Part shown: in pieces, positions 1-9,848 of the stretch
How the letters are laid out: every line of letters begins with the position of its first letter
Position numbering within the stretch: the first letter of the stretch is position 1
Assembly (NCBI GenBank): GCA_964486135.1
Contig: CAZAKT010000001.1
Span: forward strand, 18,631 to 82,630
DNA length: 64,000 nt
DNA from: an uncultured Mageeibacillus sp.
GTDB lineage: Bacteria; Bacillota; Clostridia; Saccharofermentanales; DTU023
Direction: 5' to 3'
Notes under the pieces: model-generated
What the model was told of the DNA's origin: nothing
Seen by the model: the letters and a program-made list of their open reading frames with translations, nothing else
The model's database searches: none
Position numbers and translations under genes: made by a program

Positions 1-10
1 TGACCCGGGC

Positions 11-1444
11 TTGCTTAAGACCGGCCGGATCAGCGCCTCCCACCGGCATATGTCGCTGGCCTTTCTCCTGGTCTGGCTGATCCTTGTCCTCTTTGGCCTT
101 CTGACCATGTTCAGCGCCAGCTATGGAATCAGCTTCGTCCAATCCGGGGCCGAAATGAGAACGAACCTGGACGAGGCGGTCGGGATTGACGAGGAGCCCC
201 CTGTCCGCGCCATCCTGGAGGCGGACGCCACTGCTTTGGCGCGAAAACAAGCCCTGCTCACCCTGATTGGTACCACGGCCGCCATCAGCCTGGGGGCTTT
301 TATCAGTTTTCGCCAATTGACGCGGCCGGCCCTGCGGACAATCGTCTATTTGACTGTGACTGCCAGCCTCCTCTACTGCTGGTTGGGGGGTGTGGTCATC
401 AATGGGGCCAAGCGTTGGGTCTATCTCGGCCCCATCCGTTTTCAGCCCTCTGAGCTGGCAAAGATTGGGGCTGTATTCTTCCTGGCCAGTTATTTCTCAA
501 AAAGAAGGTCGATCCGCCAGCAGGAAGAGCAAAGGAGCCGTGCCAGGGCCACAGGCGGTAAGCTTGGACAGAAGACAGGCCTGGCCCGGCAAGCCTTCCT
601 TGACGTCACTCTGCCCGGCCTGCTGATGACGGTCTGGATTGTCCTGACCCTTATACAACCTCACTTGTCCGGTGCCGTAATCATAGCCCTCATCAGCCTG
701 ACGGTATTTATCCTGGCTGACATCCCTGTGAAATCCAGGATAGCCGGCCTCTTTCAGTTGCTTGTCATTCTATGTGTCTTTGCGATTGTCCTGGGATTCG
801 GCTACCAGCTTGTGACTAAAAAATCCACGGTCGACCTGGTCACGGATCGTTTCGCCCACGCCTTCAAGCGGGTCGGTACCTTTCAGGACCGGGAGGGGGC
901 CAATCTGGATGACCGCCTTCAGATTGAGCAGGCGGAGCTGGCTTTGGGTTCGGGGGGTTTGACGGGAAAGGGGATTGGCAAAAGCGTCCAGAAGCTGAAC
1001 TGGCTGTCGGAGGCGCATAATGATTTCATCCTGCCTGTCATAGGGGAAGAGCTTGGATTCATTGGCGTCGTCAGTGTCATACTTCTCTTTCTTGCCTTCC
1101 TTGTCACGGGCATCCTGGTCGCCCGGAAGGCGGCTGGCCATATGGCCATGTTGGTCGCTGCCGGCAACACCATCCTGATCGTACTCCAAGCCTTCCTCAA
1201 TATGGCTGTATCCGTCAGCCTTATTCCCACGACAGGGATCTCCCTGCCCTTTTTCAGTTATGGCGGGACAGCCAGCCTTTTCTTTGCCCTTTCAGCGGGC
1301 CTTGTGCTGTGTGTATCAAAATCAGCAAGCAGGACGGATCCCCAGCTGGCCAGGATCGTGGACAGGCGGCAGCTGAAAGCGGGGAGGTCCCAAAAGCATA
1401 AAAACCGGCTTGAGGAAGACGACGCCATGCGTTACGCTGTATAA
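11..1444 (+). CDS. ftsW: SEDS-family peptidoglycan glycosyltransferase (FtsW/SpoVE/RodA family)
   Basis: The protein is multi-TM and carries the family motifs 'SEAHNDFILPVIGEELGFIGV' and 'GISLPFFSYGGTA'. It sits directly upstream of murG. The frame is open to the window edge, so the true start may be at 11, at 50, or upstream of the window. Confidence 0.85.
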   Translation: MLKTGRISASHRHMSLAFLLVWLILVLFGLLTMFSASYGISFVQSGAEMRTNLDEAVGIDEEPPVRAILEADATALARKQALLTLIGTTAAISLGAFISFRQLTRPALRTIVYLTVTASLLYCWLGGVVINGAKRWVYLGPIRFQPSELAKIGAVFFLASYFSKRRSIRQQEEQRSRARATGGKLGQKTGLARQAFLDVTLPGLLMTVWIVLTLIQPHLSGAVIIALISLTVFILADIPVKSRIAGLFQLLVILCVFAIVLGFGYQLVTKKSTVDLVTDRFAHAFKRVGTFQDREGANLDDRLQIEQAELALGSGGLTGKGIGKSVQKLNWLSEAHNDFILPVIGEELGFIGVVSVILLFLAFLVTGILVARKAAGHMAMLVAAGNTILIVLQAFLNMAVSVSLIPTTGISLPFFSYGGTASLFFALSAGLVLCVSKSASRTDPQLARIVDRRQLKAGRSQKHKNRLEEDDAMRYAV

Positions 1445-1489
1445 GGTAGTTCAGGTCAAATAGCAGCCAGCCTCCAGCCGGGGAAATGA

Positions 1490-2623
1490 ATGAAAAGAAA
1501 GCGGTCCTACAACACAATCCTCATAGCCGCCGGCGGAACAAGCGGGCACATTTACCCGGCACTTGCCATCGCCTCAGCCCTTAAAGAAAGCCTGCCCTCG
1601 ACTGGCCTTGTCTTTTGTGGGGTTCCCGGCAGCCTTGAGCAGGCCATGGTGGAAGCTGAAGGCTACGATTTTCGCCCCATCATGGCACAGAACATGCCCT
1701 CACGCCAAGACCGACGCTACTGGGGCTGGTTCACCCGAAATACCCGTGGACTTTTTAAGAGCCTGGCGATCTTGAGAGAAGAGCGTCCCCGTTTGGTGAT
1801 CGGAACGGGCGGCTACGTGTCGGCGCCCCTGGTCGCAGCTGCCCGCTTCTTGCGGATTCCCTACCTATTACATGAACAGAATTCCGTGCCGGGGAGGGCC
1901 AACCGGCTCTTTGCCTCAAGGGCCAAAACCGTCTTCATCAGCTATGACGTAAGCCGCAGTTTTTTCCGGAGAAAAGACCATCTGGTCTTGAGTGGCAACC
2001 CTATCCGGCCTCTTTTCTCGACACTGGATCGTTCCAAGGCCAGGCAGGCACTGTCCCTATCCGAAGATTTGTTTTTGATCCTGGTCATGGGAGGCAGCCT
2101 TGGCGCCCGAACCTTGAATACAGCGGTCGCCCGCCTGGATGATGACGGCAGCTGGTCCTCCTTGTTGAAGGAGCATCCTGAACTCAGGCTGACCATCAGC
2201 GCGGGCGTTCAAAGCAAGGAGGCCTGTGTTCGTGAACTGGCTGGCCTGCCAGGTATGCTCCGGGCGGAAGCTTTTTTCCACGACGCGCCTTACTGGATCG
2301 CGGCCTGTGATCTCTTCGTTGGGCGCGCGGGCGCCATGACCTGTGCCGAGATCGCAGCCCAGGCCAAAGCTTCCATCCTGATTCCCTTCCCCTATGCCGC
2401 AGATGACCATCAGACGGCGAACGCACGCGCCATGGAGGAAGCCGGGGCGGCAATTGTCGTTCCCGATAAGGAATTTGACAGTCAGAAATTGCTGGAAACA
2501 ATTAAGGTCCTGATTGATGATCCGGATCGGCTTGCCCGTATGGGTGAAGGCGCGGGGCGATGGGCCTTACCTGACGCGGCGGGGATTATTGCTGAAAACG
2601 TTTTGGCAATCTTGGGAAAATGA
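1490..2623 (+). CDS. murG: UDP-GlcNAc:lipid I N-acetylglucosaminyltransferase MurG
   Basis: It has the N-terminal 'AAGGTSGHIYPALAIA' G-loop and a C-terminal 'GRAGAMTCAEIAA...HQTANA' motif. The position is the classic one between ftsW and ftsQ. Confidence 0.9.
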   Translation: MKRKRSYNTILIAAGGTSGHIYPALAIASALKESLPSTGLVFCGVPGSLEQAMVEAEGYDFRPIMAQNMPSRQDRRYWGWFTRNTRGLFKSLAILREERPRLVIGTGGYVSAPLVAAARFLRIPYLLHEQNSVPGRANRLFASRAKTVFISYDVSRSFFRRKDHLVLSGNPIRPLFSTLDRSKARQALSLSEDLFLILVMGGSLGARTLNTAVARLDDDGSWSSLLKEHPELRLTISAGVQSKEACVRELAGLPGMLRAEAFFHDAPYWIAACDLFVGRAGAMTCAEIAAQAKASILIPFPYAADDHQTANARAMEEAGAAIVVPDKEFDSQKLLETIKVLIDDPDRLARMGEGAGRWALPDAAGIIAENVLAILGK

Positions 2624-3597
2624 ACCTTTCCAGGGGGAAAAAAACTGTAAAAGGCAGACAAGGCCAAAGCAGTTATTCAGGTAGACGGCCAGCTGCGTCC
2701 AAAAGGGGAGGTCGTGGTGAGGAATATCCAAGCCTCTTTCAACCCTCACCCTTCACGGAGGAGAGCCGGCGAAAACGTGCCAAGGCGCGCAGAAGGCGTG
2801 CCTTTTTCGGCTGGCCTCTCAAGCTTCTCACCGCGGTGGCGATCCTCCTTTCCCTGGCCACCCTGCTCATAGTCCTCCCCCAGTTCAGCCTGGAAACAGT
2901 CAGCATAGAGGGCACCCGACTGGTCAGTGAGGCGGAGGTGGCCGCCCTGGTTGAACCCTTGAAGGGAAAACACTTTTTTCAAGGTATAGGAGGGTCGGCA
3001 AAAGCCTACTTTACCCTTCGTTACGGAGCTGTGGAAGAAAAAATCAAGGACCTGTCCCCCCTGATTCGGGGAGTGGATGTCCGCTTCCGCTTTCCTTCGC
3101 AGATAAAGGTGACGGTGGAGGAAAAGGTGGAGGTCCTGGCCATCCGGGTTTCGGGAGGCTATGCCCTGATTGACCGGGAACACTGTCTGTTGCGGCTGAC
3201 AGAAGTAATTGATTTCACCCTTCCCGTGCTTGAGGGGGTCTCGGTTTTGCAGGAACCGACCATCGGATCCGTGCTGGAGGTAGAGAATCCCAGCCAGCTT
3301 TTGGCCGCTGCCCGCGTGACGGCTGCCCTGATCCGTCATGATCAGATCAATGAGGCGGGCCGGAGTCTAATGGGGGATGTCCGGCAATTCAGGCAGATTT
3401 CCGGCCGTCTCTTTTATCTCTTCATACCGCTTTCTCAGGGGGGCGAGGTTCGTGTTAAACTGGAGGACAACAGGTTATTACAAGACAAGCTTATGCTGTT
3501 AAGCTACTTGCTTGAACGAGAGGATATCTTGAGGGGCTCGGCGGGCGAACTCGACCTAAGTGGAGAGACACCCTATTTTCGGCCCGATGCCAATTAA
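2620..3597 (+). CDS. ftsQ: Cell division protein FtsQ/DivIB (basic N-terminus, single TM, POTRA-like region)
   Basis: The start overlaps the murG stop (ATGA). It has an Arg/Lys-rich N-terminus, one TM segment (LKLLTAVAILLSLATLLIVL), then 'VSIEGTRLVSEAEV', which is typical of a POTRA start. The dcw position also fits. Confidence 0.7.
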   Translation: MNLSRGKKTVKGRQGQSSYSGRRPAASKRGGRGEEYPSLFQPSPFTEESRRKRAKARRRRAFFGWPLKLLTAVAILLSLATLLIVLPQFSLETVSIEGTRLVSEAEVAALVEPLKGKHFFQGIGGSAKAYFTLRYGAVEEKIKDLSPLIRGVDVRFRFPSQIKVTVEEKVEVLAIRVSGGYALIDREHCLLRLTEVIDFTLPVLEGVSVLQEPTIGSVLEVENPSQLLAAARVTAALIRHDQINEAGRSLMGDVRQFRQISGRLFYLFIPLSQGGEVRVKLEDNRLLQDKLMLLSYLLEREDILRGSAGELDLSGETPYFRPDAN

Positions 3598-3657
3598 GCC
3601 CTTGACAGGGCAGACAGCATGTCATTACAGGATTGCTTTTGTTGGGAGGGTACCTAG

Positions 3658-4065
3658 GTGTTGATCATTATCGGCCTGCTCTTGGGTCTATTGTTCGGTC
3701 TCTTTGCGAACATACTTGTACCTGCCAGTCTGGTACCCTATCTGGCCGTCTTTACCCTGGTTGGAATTGAAGCCCTGACCGGCTCCTGGAAGGCGCTCAG
3801 GGAGGGTGATTTCGCAGCCGACAGATTCCTGCTGGAGTTCGGGGCAAACAGCCTGGTCGCCTTTCTCATGACAGCTTTGGGCACTCAGCTGAAGTATGAT
3901 TTTTCCCTTCTCGTTGCCTTCATATTTGCCTATCGGATCTTTCGCAATATCAGTTATATTACGCGCTGGTTCTACCTCAAGCTGAAAGCCCGGACCCACA
4001 AGGAAGGAAGCCCCCTTGTGGAAGAGGAGCAGGTTTCGGAGGAGGCCGGCGAGCTTCCCCTTTGA
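3658..4065 (+). CDS. Small integral membrane protein, DUF1290/Sbp-like
   Basis: It is 135 aa with a GTG start preceded by GGGAGG. It has several hydrophobic helices and an acidic C-terminal tail. It occupies the ftsQ-to-ftsZ slot where B. subtilis-type genomes carry sbp. The call rests on size, hydrophobicity and synteny only. Confidence 0.5.
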   Translation: MLIIIGLLLGLLFGLFANILVPASLVPYLAVFTLVGIEALTGSWKALREGDFAADRFLLEFGANSLVAFLMTALGTQLKYDFSLLVAFIFAYRIFRNISYITRWFYLKLKARTHKEGSPLVEEEQVSEEAGELPL

Positions 4066-4296
4066 TCAGGCCAGGGAAGCTGACAAGGACCTGCCTGTTC
4101 TGGGCAGGCCCCCCATACTGCGCAGACAGGCCGCTTTGCTTGCGCCTGTAAACCGGTTAGGTTAGAATGTTACGAGCATACTTGCCTTTTGAGTCTTTTG
4201 AGATAATTGTGATCTTTCTTGCTTGTAAGCTTGTAATTACATCCATTGATAAAGAACACAATACCCGACAGGTGAAGGCGGAAGGAGTTGCAGGAA

Positions 4297-5673
4297 GTGA
4301 CTGATTATTCTTTTGATATAGGGATGAGCCGGGGGGTCTACGCTACCATCCGTGTAGTCGGTGTCGGTGGTGGGGGCTGCAATGCCGTCAACCGCATGAT
4401 TGACGATGGGGTACAGGGGATAGAGTTTATCGCTATCAACACGGATCACCAGTCCCTGCAAAGTTCGAAGGCGAGTGAAGCCCTTCAGATAGGTGAGAAG
4501 GTAACCCGTGGGCTTGGAGCCGGGGCACAGCCGGAGCTGGGACAAAAGGCTGCCGAGGAGAACATCGAGGAGATTTCGAAGGCCTTGGAAGGCTCTGACA
4601 TGCTCTTCATCACAGCGGGAATGGGAGGGGGTACCGGTACGGGCGCCGCGCCTATTGTCGCCCAGGTAGCCGACAAGCTTGGTATCCTGACAGTTGGGGT
4701 TGTCACGACGCCCTTCAGGTTCGAGGGGTCGCGTCGTCGTCAAAATGCTGAAAAAGGGGTCCGTGAGCTCCAGCAATACGTGGACTCCCTGATTGTGGTC
4801 CCCAATGACAAATTACTCGAAATCGCCAGTGACGATACGACACTTGACGAGGCCTTTGGCCTGGCTGACCGCATTCTCCAGTATGGGGTGTCCAGTATTT
4901 CGGATCTGGTCGCCGTTCCCGGCCTGATCAACCTTGACCTGGCAGACGTCAGGCGGGTAATGACCAATGCGGGCGTTTGCCATATGGGGATCGGGCGTGG
5001 CAACGGTGAGAGCAGGGCGGCCACGGCCGTCAAGCAGGCCATGACCAGCCCGCTCCTCGAAACGACCATCGACGGGGCGAATAGCATCATCATCAACTTT
5101 ACCGGCGGCCACGATATGAGGATCAAGGAAATCAACGAGGCGGCCTCACAGGTACGCGAAGCGGTTTCTCCTGACGCGGATATTATTTTCGGCGCTGTTG
5201 TCGATGAGAATATGCAGGATGATCTGGTGATTACCATCATTGCCAGCCGCTTCGGCGAAGGCGCGCAGTCCAGGGTTATGCGGTCCGTACAGACTCAGGT
5301 CCCGGCCCCTTCCTTCAGTATTCCCCAGCGCCAGACCCAGCCCGCAGCCAGTTCCAGGTCGACCATAGATGACCTGCCCGAATTCCTCCGGCCGCCAAGG
5401 GGCGGACAGCCTCAAACCCGCAGCCAGGCATCGGATCAGCGGGCGACCGGGTTCAGTCATAGCGGCCAACGTCAAGCTGAACAAGCCATGGCTGATATGA
5501 TTGACCGGGCAACCGAGCATGCGACCAAACAGAATATTACGGCCCCACGCCTGCTTGACGAGGCGCCTGGAGACGATCCCGTGAGAGAACCGGCTTCGCG
5601 CCCGCGACAAAGCCGGCAGGAGGGGCGGGTGCTGCCCTGGTTCCTCCAGGACGATGATCTGGACCGTTCCTGA
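4297..5673 (+). CDS. ftsZ: Cell division GTPase FtsZ with a long C-terminal extension
   Basis: It carries '[15 protein letters not shown]' and the tubulin signature '[12 protein letters not shown]'. The start is probably GTG 4297, about 9 nt after GGAAGGAG. TTG 4288 and ATG 4324 are alternatives. Confidence 0.93.
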   Translation: MTDYSFDIGMSRGVYATIRVVGVGGGGCNAVNRMIDDGVQGIEFIAINTDHQSLQSSKASEALQIGEKVTRGLGAGAQPELGQKAAEENIEEISKALEGSDMLFITAGMGGGTGTGAAPIVAQVADKLGILTVGVVTTPFRFEGSRRRQNAEKGVRELQQYVDSLIVVPNDKLLEIASDDTTLDEAFGLADRILQYGVSSISDLVAVPGLINLDLADVRRVMTNAGVCHMGIGRGNGESRAATAVKQAMTSPLLETTIDGANSIIINFTGGHDMRIKEINEAASQVREAVSPDADIIFGAVVDENMQDDLVITIIASRFGEGAQSRVMRSVQTQVPAPSFSIPQRQTQPAASSRSTIDDLPEFLRPPRGGQPQTRSQASDQRATGFSHSGQRQAEQAMADMIDRATEHATKQNITAPRLLDEAPGDDPVREPASRPRQSRQEGRVLPWFLQDDDLDRS

Positions 5674-5790
5674 CGCCTGGAGGCCAGGTCAGGCGGTCGA
5701 CAAGCTTGTCTATCGAATATTTGAAAGCGCGGCCGGATTCCAGATCCGGCCGACTTGTCTGCCTACCAGGCCCAAAGCGGAAAGGAGGGG

Positions 5791-6282
5791 ATGACAATCA
5801 AGTGTCCAAACTGTGAAGGCAATGACGACCGGGTTGTCGATTCGCGTCCATCTGATGACGGGAGCTCCATCCGACGAAGGCGGGAGTGCCTCTTGTGCGG
5901 TGGCCGGTTCACAACCTACGAGAAAATTGAAGACATGCCCCTTATGGTTATCAAGAAGGATGGAAGCCGGCAGGCCTTTGATCGGCAAAAACTCCTGAAT
6001 GGGATCATGAAGAGCTGTGAAAAGAGGCCGGTGACGACAGAGCAGATAGAGGCTTTGATTGATAATGTGGAGCGGGCTGCCGGCAATGCTTTAAAACGTG
6101 AAATTTCGAGCTCGGAAATCGGCGAATTGGTTCTTGGTCAACTGCGGGGGATAGATGAGGTCGCCTATATCCGCTTCGCTTCGGTTTACCGGGCTTTTCG
6201 CGACATCCGATCATTTGTGTATGAGATTTCCCGACTTCTTGGGGAGGAAGGGGAGGACTTGGGTAAGGGGCTGGAGGGCTAG
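5791..6282 (+). CDS. nrdR: Transcriptional repressor NrdR (zinc ribbon + ATP-cone)
   Basis: It starts 'MTIKCPNCEG..DRVVDSRP...RRRECLLCGGRFTTYE', a zinc ribbon, followed by an ATP-cone. ATG 5791 is preceded by GGAGGGG. The longer ORF from 5755 was rejected. Confidence 0.9.
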   Translation: MTIKCPNCEGNDDRVVDSRPSDDGSSIRRRRECLLCGGRFTTYEKIEDMPLMVIKKDGSRQAFDRQKLLNGIMKSCEKRPVTTEQIEALIDNVERAAGNALKREISSSEIGELVLGQLRGIDEVAYIRFASVYRAFRDIRSFVYEISRLLGEEGEDLGKGLEG

Positions 6283-6284
6283 CA

Positions 6285-7010
6285 ATGGAAGATGCCAGGC
6301 GTGTATTGATCGTCGACGACGATAAACATATCAGTGAATTGCTGAAACTCTATTTTGAAAAGGATGGCTTTGAGGTAAGTTCCTGCTACACTGGGGACGC
6401 GGTTATGCCCATGGTCCGCGCGGTCTCCCCCCATGTGATCATCCTCGACCTCATGTTGCCCGGAGTGAGCGGTTTTGACATCATGCGGGAGCTCCGCCGT
6501 GAATCTGATGTTCCGGTACTTATGCTGACGGCCCGAAGCGATACGCTCGATAAAATTATCGGCCTGGAGCTCGGGGCCGACGACTATATCCTGAAGCCTT
6601 TCGATCCCAAGGAACTCCTGGCCCGGGTCAAAGCTGTCCTCAGGCGCTTCCGTTCCTCGCCGCTCCCGGATATCCTGGAGGGCAAGAAGGATGATGTCGT
6701 CATTTATCAAGACCTCATCGTCGACCGGATCCGCTACACGGTGCGGATCGGTCAGGAGGAGGTCGATATGCCGCCCAAGGAATTGGAGTTGCTCTTCTTT
6801 CTTGCCTCCCATCCCAACCGGGTGTTCACCCGCGACCAGATCCTTGAGCACATCTGGGGCATGGATTACTACGGGGAGCAGCGCACGGTGGATGTCCATA
6901 TCAAGCGTATCCGGGAAAAGCTCGATATCATTGAACATCCGCTCTGGCAGATCAAGACAGTCTGGAGCGTTGGCTACAAGTTTGAGGTGAAGGATCCGGA
7001 CGGGACGTGA
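6285..7010 (+). CDS. OmpR/PhoB-family response regulator
   Basis: The receiver domain shows 'VLIVDDD...IILDLMLPG...LMLTAR'. The winged-helix output shows 'VDVHIKRIREKL...IKTVWSVGYKF'. Confidence 0.9.
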   Translation: MEDARRVLIVDDDKHISELLKLYFEKDGFEVSSCYTGDAVMPMVRAVSPHVIILDLMLPGVSGFDIMRELRRESDVPVLMLTARSDTLDKIIGLELGADDYILKPFDPKELLARVKAVLRRFRSSPLPDILEGKKDDVVIYQDLIVDRIRYTVRIGQEEVDMPPKELELLFFLASHPNRVFTRDQILEHIWGMDYYGEQRTVDVHIKRIREKLDIIEHPLWQIKTVWSVGYKFEVKDPDGT

Positions 7011-8545
7011 GACGAAGACTGTCGATCTACGCGCGGACCCTCCTGAAGATATCCGCGGCCATCCTGGTCATCTTCATCGTTCTGGCGACCGTTTATGGGG
7101 CTGTATACAGTATTTCATCAGATTATCAGAGGAAGGAGGAGCTGAGGCGCAATGCCGTCGAGCTGTCCAACCTGACGGAGGACAGGATGGATGCAGGCCA
7201 TACGACCTTTACCAGTACGGACATCACCGGGCACATTGCCTTTGCGGCCCGGTCGACCGGCGCCTTTGTCTGGATCGTCAACGCCCATGGGGCCATCATC
7301 TACCATACCGGCATACCCGCCGATACCATCGCCCAGATGGAAAGAAGCGGTGAACTTCCCGGTGGAGACCCCCTCCTGCCGACCGAGGCCCGGAACTCGA
7401 TCCGTGCCGTTTATTGTGAAGCGGGGAATAAGACGGGCTTTTCGTCACTCCTGACGGATTCGGCCGGCTGGCTTATCGCCAGTTCACCACTGGGCGTTCA
7501 TGGAGACCTCTACACGGGTGAGGTCATCCTCTTGAAACACCAGCGGCCTGAAAGTCTGGTCTCCTTTCTGCGTGAGCATAATGTGCCCATCTCCTTCTCC
7601 CTTGCCTTCCTGCTTTCCTTGGCCATTATCATCTGGCTTTCCCGTGATATTACCCGGCCAATATCCGAGTTGGCCAAGACGGCCAATTCCGTCTACGCGG
7701 GTGACTTGTCCGCCCGGGTAACACTGAGGGGGGATAAGAGGACCCTCACCCTGGATGAGGAAGAGGCGGAAGAGGAGAAGGCTGGGGGCCATCCGCACGA
7801 GGACGATTTGACAAGACTTGTGCGCACTTTCAATACCTTGATCGCGACCTTCGAGGAGCGCGAACAGCAACACTCCGAATTTCTGGGCAATGTATCCCAC
7901 GATCTTCGAACGCCTGTGACATCGATCGGCGGCTTTGTCGAGGGTATGCGTGACGGCACCATTCCAAAGGAAAGATACGCTTATTACCTGGACATCATCA
8001 AGGATGAGACGGACAGGCTCAAGCGGCTGATCGACGATCTCTTTGAGGGCAAGGGCCTGGATGACTCAAAGGGGTTGAAGCAAGAGGTGTTCGACCTCTA
8101 CGAATTGGTTTGCCAGGTCAAGCAGTCCTTCGAGCCCATGCTTTTTGAAAAAAATATTGATTTGGAGATCAACTGCGATCACCGCTTTGATGGCCCCCTT
8201 CGGGCTGTCGGGGATCGGGGCCAACTAACGCGTGTGCTGAACAATATTATCGCAAACGCGGTGAGGTATACGCCGCAAAGGGGCCTTATCCTGGTGAGCC
8301 TGGAGGTTGGGGACCGCTTCATCAGTGTTTCGGTTGACGATAACGGTCCCGGTATTCCAGCCGAAGATCTCCCACACATCTTTGATCGTTTCTACAAGGC
8401 CGACAAATCACGCGGCGGGGAAGGTTCAGGCTTGGGGCTTTACATCGCGCGCGCCCTGATCAAGCGCCACGGCCAGGAAATAGAGGCCGCCAGATCGACC
8501 CGGCTGGGCGGGGCCCGGATCAGCTTTACAGTGGCCCGCCCCTGA
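7007..8545 (+). CDS. Sensor histidine kinase (2 TM, HAMP, HisKA, HATPase_c)
   Basis: The H-box is 'FLGNVSHDLRTP', the N-box 'NNIIANAVRYTP', and the G-boxes 'DDNGPGIP' and 'GSGLGLYIA'. The start overlaps the response-regulator stop. Confidence 0.87.
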   Translation: MRRRLSIYARTLLKISAAILVIFIVLATVYGAVYSISSDYQRKEELRRNAVELSNLTEDRMDAGHTTFTSTDITGHIAFAARSTGAFVWIVNAHGAIIYHTGIPADTIAQMERSGELPGGDPLLPTEARNSIRAVYCEAGNKTGFSSLLTDSAGWLIASSPLGVHGDLYTGEVILLKHQRPESLVSFLREHNVPISFSLAFLLSLAIIIWLSRDITRPISELAKTANSVYAGDLSARVTLRGDKRTLTLDEEEAEEEKAGGHPHEDDLTRLVRTFNTLIATFEEREQQHSEFLGNVSHDLRTPVTSIGGFVEGMRDGTIPKERYAYYLDIIKDETDRLKRLIDDLFEGKGLDDSKGLKQEVFDLYELVCQVKQSFEPMLFEKNIDLEINCDHRFDGPLRAVGDRGQLTRVLNNIIANAVRYTPQRGLILVSLEVGDRFISVSVDDNGPGIPAEDLPHIFDRFYKADKSRGGEGSGLGLYIARALIKRHGQEIEAARSTRLGGARISFTVARP

Positions 8546-8633
8546 CCCGCCCCTTTGCAGGGCTCTGTTAACAGAATGGCTATAAATAATCGCTAGACTA
8601 CATAAAAATCCTAAAGTGGGGAGGAGCAATAAC

Positions 8634-9848
8634 ATGGGGAAGGACAGGAGAGGATTAATCATTCTGATCGCCGTATTCCTGCTTGCGGCCCTGCTGATCC
8701 CCCTATCCTGTCCCGGCCGGGGTTCGGAGGAAACCGAGCCGTCCACCGAGAGCACGACCTCCAGCTCAACGCCGAAGCTGACGACCTCTACAAGGACCTT
8801 GACCACGACGCCCCCCTCGACAAGGAGCTCGGAACCGGTTACTGAACCAGACCCGGTCGACCAGGATCCCAAATCCTCCCCGGAGGAAATCTTCGAGGCT
8901 GTCGCTCCCTCGGTGGTCTCCGTCCATGTGACCATTCCGGCATCCTCACTCTATTCGAAGCGGGAGGAATTCTTCTCCGGCCTGATCATCGATGAATCAG
9001 GTATCATCGTCACCTGCTACAGCTTGCTTGAACGCGCGCTTGATTATAAGGGGAGCCTGCTGGCGGATGCCTCGATCCGGATTTATACCCGCGGGTCAAA
9101 TGAGGTGTTTTCAGCCTCACTCCTGGGCTTCCACTCCCTGGCGGACCTGGCCCTCCTCAAGATAAAGGAGGGGGACGGAGAGGAATTCCCCGCCCTTCCC
9201 CTGGCCAAGGCCCCCGATCTCGCTATCGGGAGTCAGGTCTACGCTGTCGGTTATCCACCTTCCATGGTCAGGGAGGGTGGATTCTCCATGGGCCACATCA
9301 CCTCACTTTACCGGACATCCTTTGAGGAGGACGGTTCCCCCGTCGGCTTGATTGAAACAAGTATCGCGACCTTGTCGATCTACGCCGGCAGCCCCCTGGT
9401 CAACCCTGACGGCCAGGTGGTCGCCCTGGCCAGTGGTTATCTGAAGCGGATCTACTCGCAAAACCAGGGTTACGCCGTTCCCTCCCCTGTTGTGGCCGAT
9501 GTGGTCGAGAGAATACTGGCCGCGCCTGACCAGTCGCCGGATATAAAGGCTGAGTTGGGTATTACGGTTCTGGGCGATGAGGACGCGGAGGAACTACGTG
9601 AAAGATTCGGCTATCCGGCGGGGCTCTATATAAATTACGTCAAGCCGGAAAGCGCCGCCTATACAGCGGGTCTGGATACGGATGATATCCTCCTTAGCAT
9701 AAACGGGGAAGCCATGGAGGTGACAAGAGATTTCCTCACTTTCATGGACGGCCAAGTGGTAGGGACCCTGGTTGAAATGACCCTGTTCAGGCCATCAGAT
9801 GGGAGGACCCTGATTAAAAGTTGCTATCTTCTTGAGGCTTCGCCGTGA
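8634..9848 (+). CDS. Membrane-anchored trypsin-like (HtrA/DegP-family) protein with a C-terminal PDZ-like region
   Basis: ATG 8634 follows GGGGAGGAG. The protein has an N-terminal TM segment, a Ser/Thr/Pro-rich linker, then 'DLALLKI', 'VYAVGYP' and 'AGSPLVNPDGQVVAL' in the order seen in HtrA proteins. The C-terminal part is PDZ-like (LYINYV...AYTAGLDTDDILLSINGE). Confidence 0.7.
   Translation: MGKDRRGLIILIAVFLLAALLIPLSCPGRGSEETEPSTESTTSSSTPKLTTSTRTLTTTPPSTRSSEPVTEPDPVDQDPKSSPEEIFEAVAPSVVSVHVTIPASSLYSKREEFFSGLIIDESGIIVTCYSLLERALDYKGSLLADASIRIYTRGSNEVFSASLLGFHSLADLALLKIKEGDGEEFPALPLAKAPDLAIGSQVYAVGYPPSMVREGGFSMGHITSLYRTSFEEDGSPVGLIETSIATLSIYAGSPLVNPDGQVVALASGYLKRIYSQNQGYAVPSPVVADVVERILAAPDQSPDIKAELGITVLGDEDAEELRERFGYPAGLYINYVKPESAAYTAGLDTDDILLSINGEAMEVTRDFLTFMDGQVVGTLVEMTLFRPSDGRTLIKSCYLLEASP

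Noticed and set aside
3598-4296. Absence of ftsA (and of murC/murB/murD) from the ftsW-murG-ftsQ-ftsZ block as evidence of a deletion or rearrangement.
   Set aside because: Gene order in dcw clusters varies among Clostridia-like lineages, and ftsA or the mur genes may lie outside this window. Absence from a 64-kb window is not evidence of absence from the genome.
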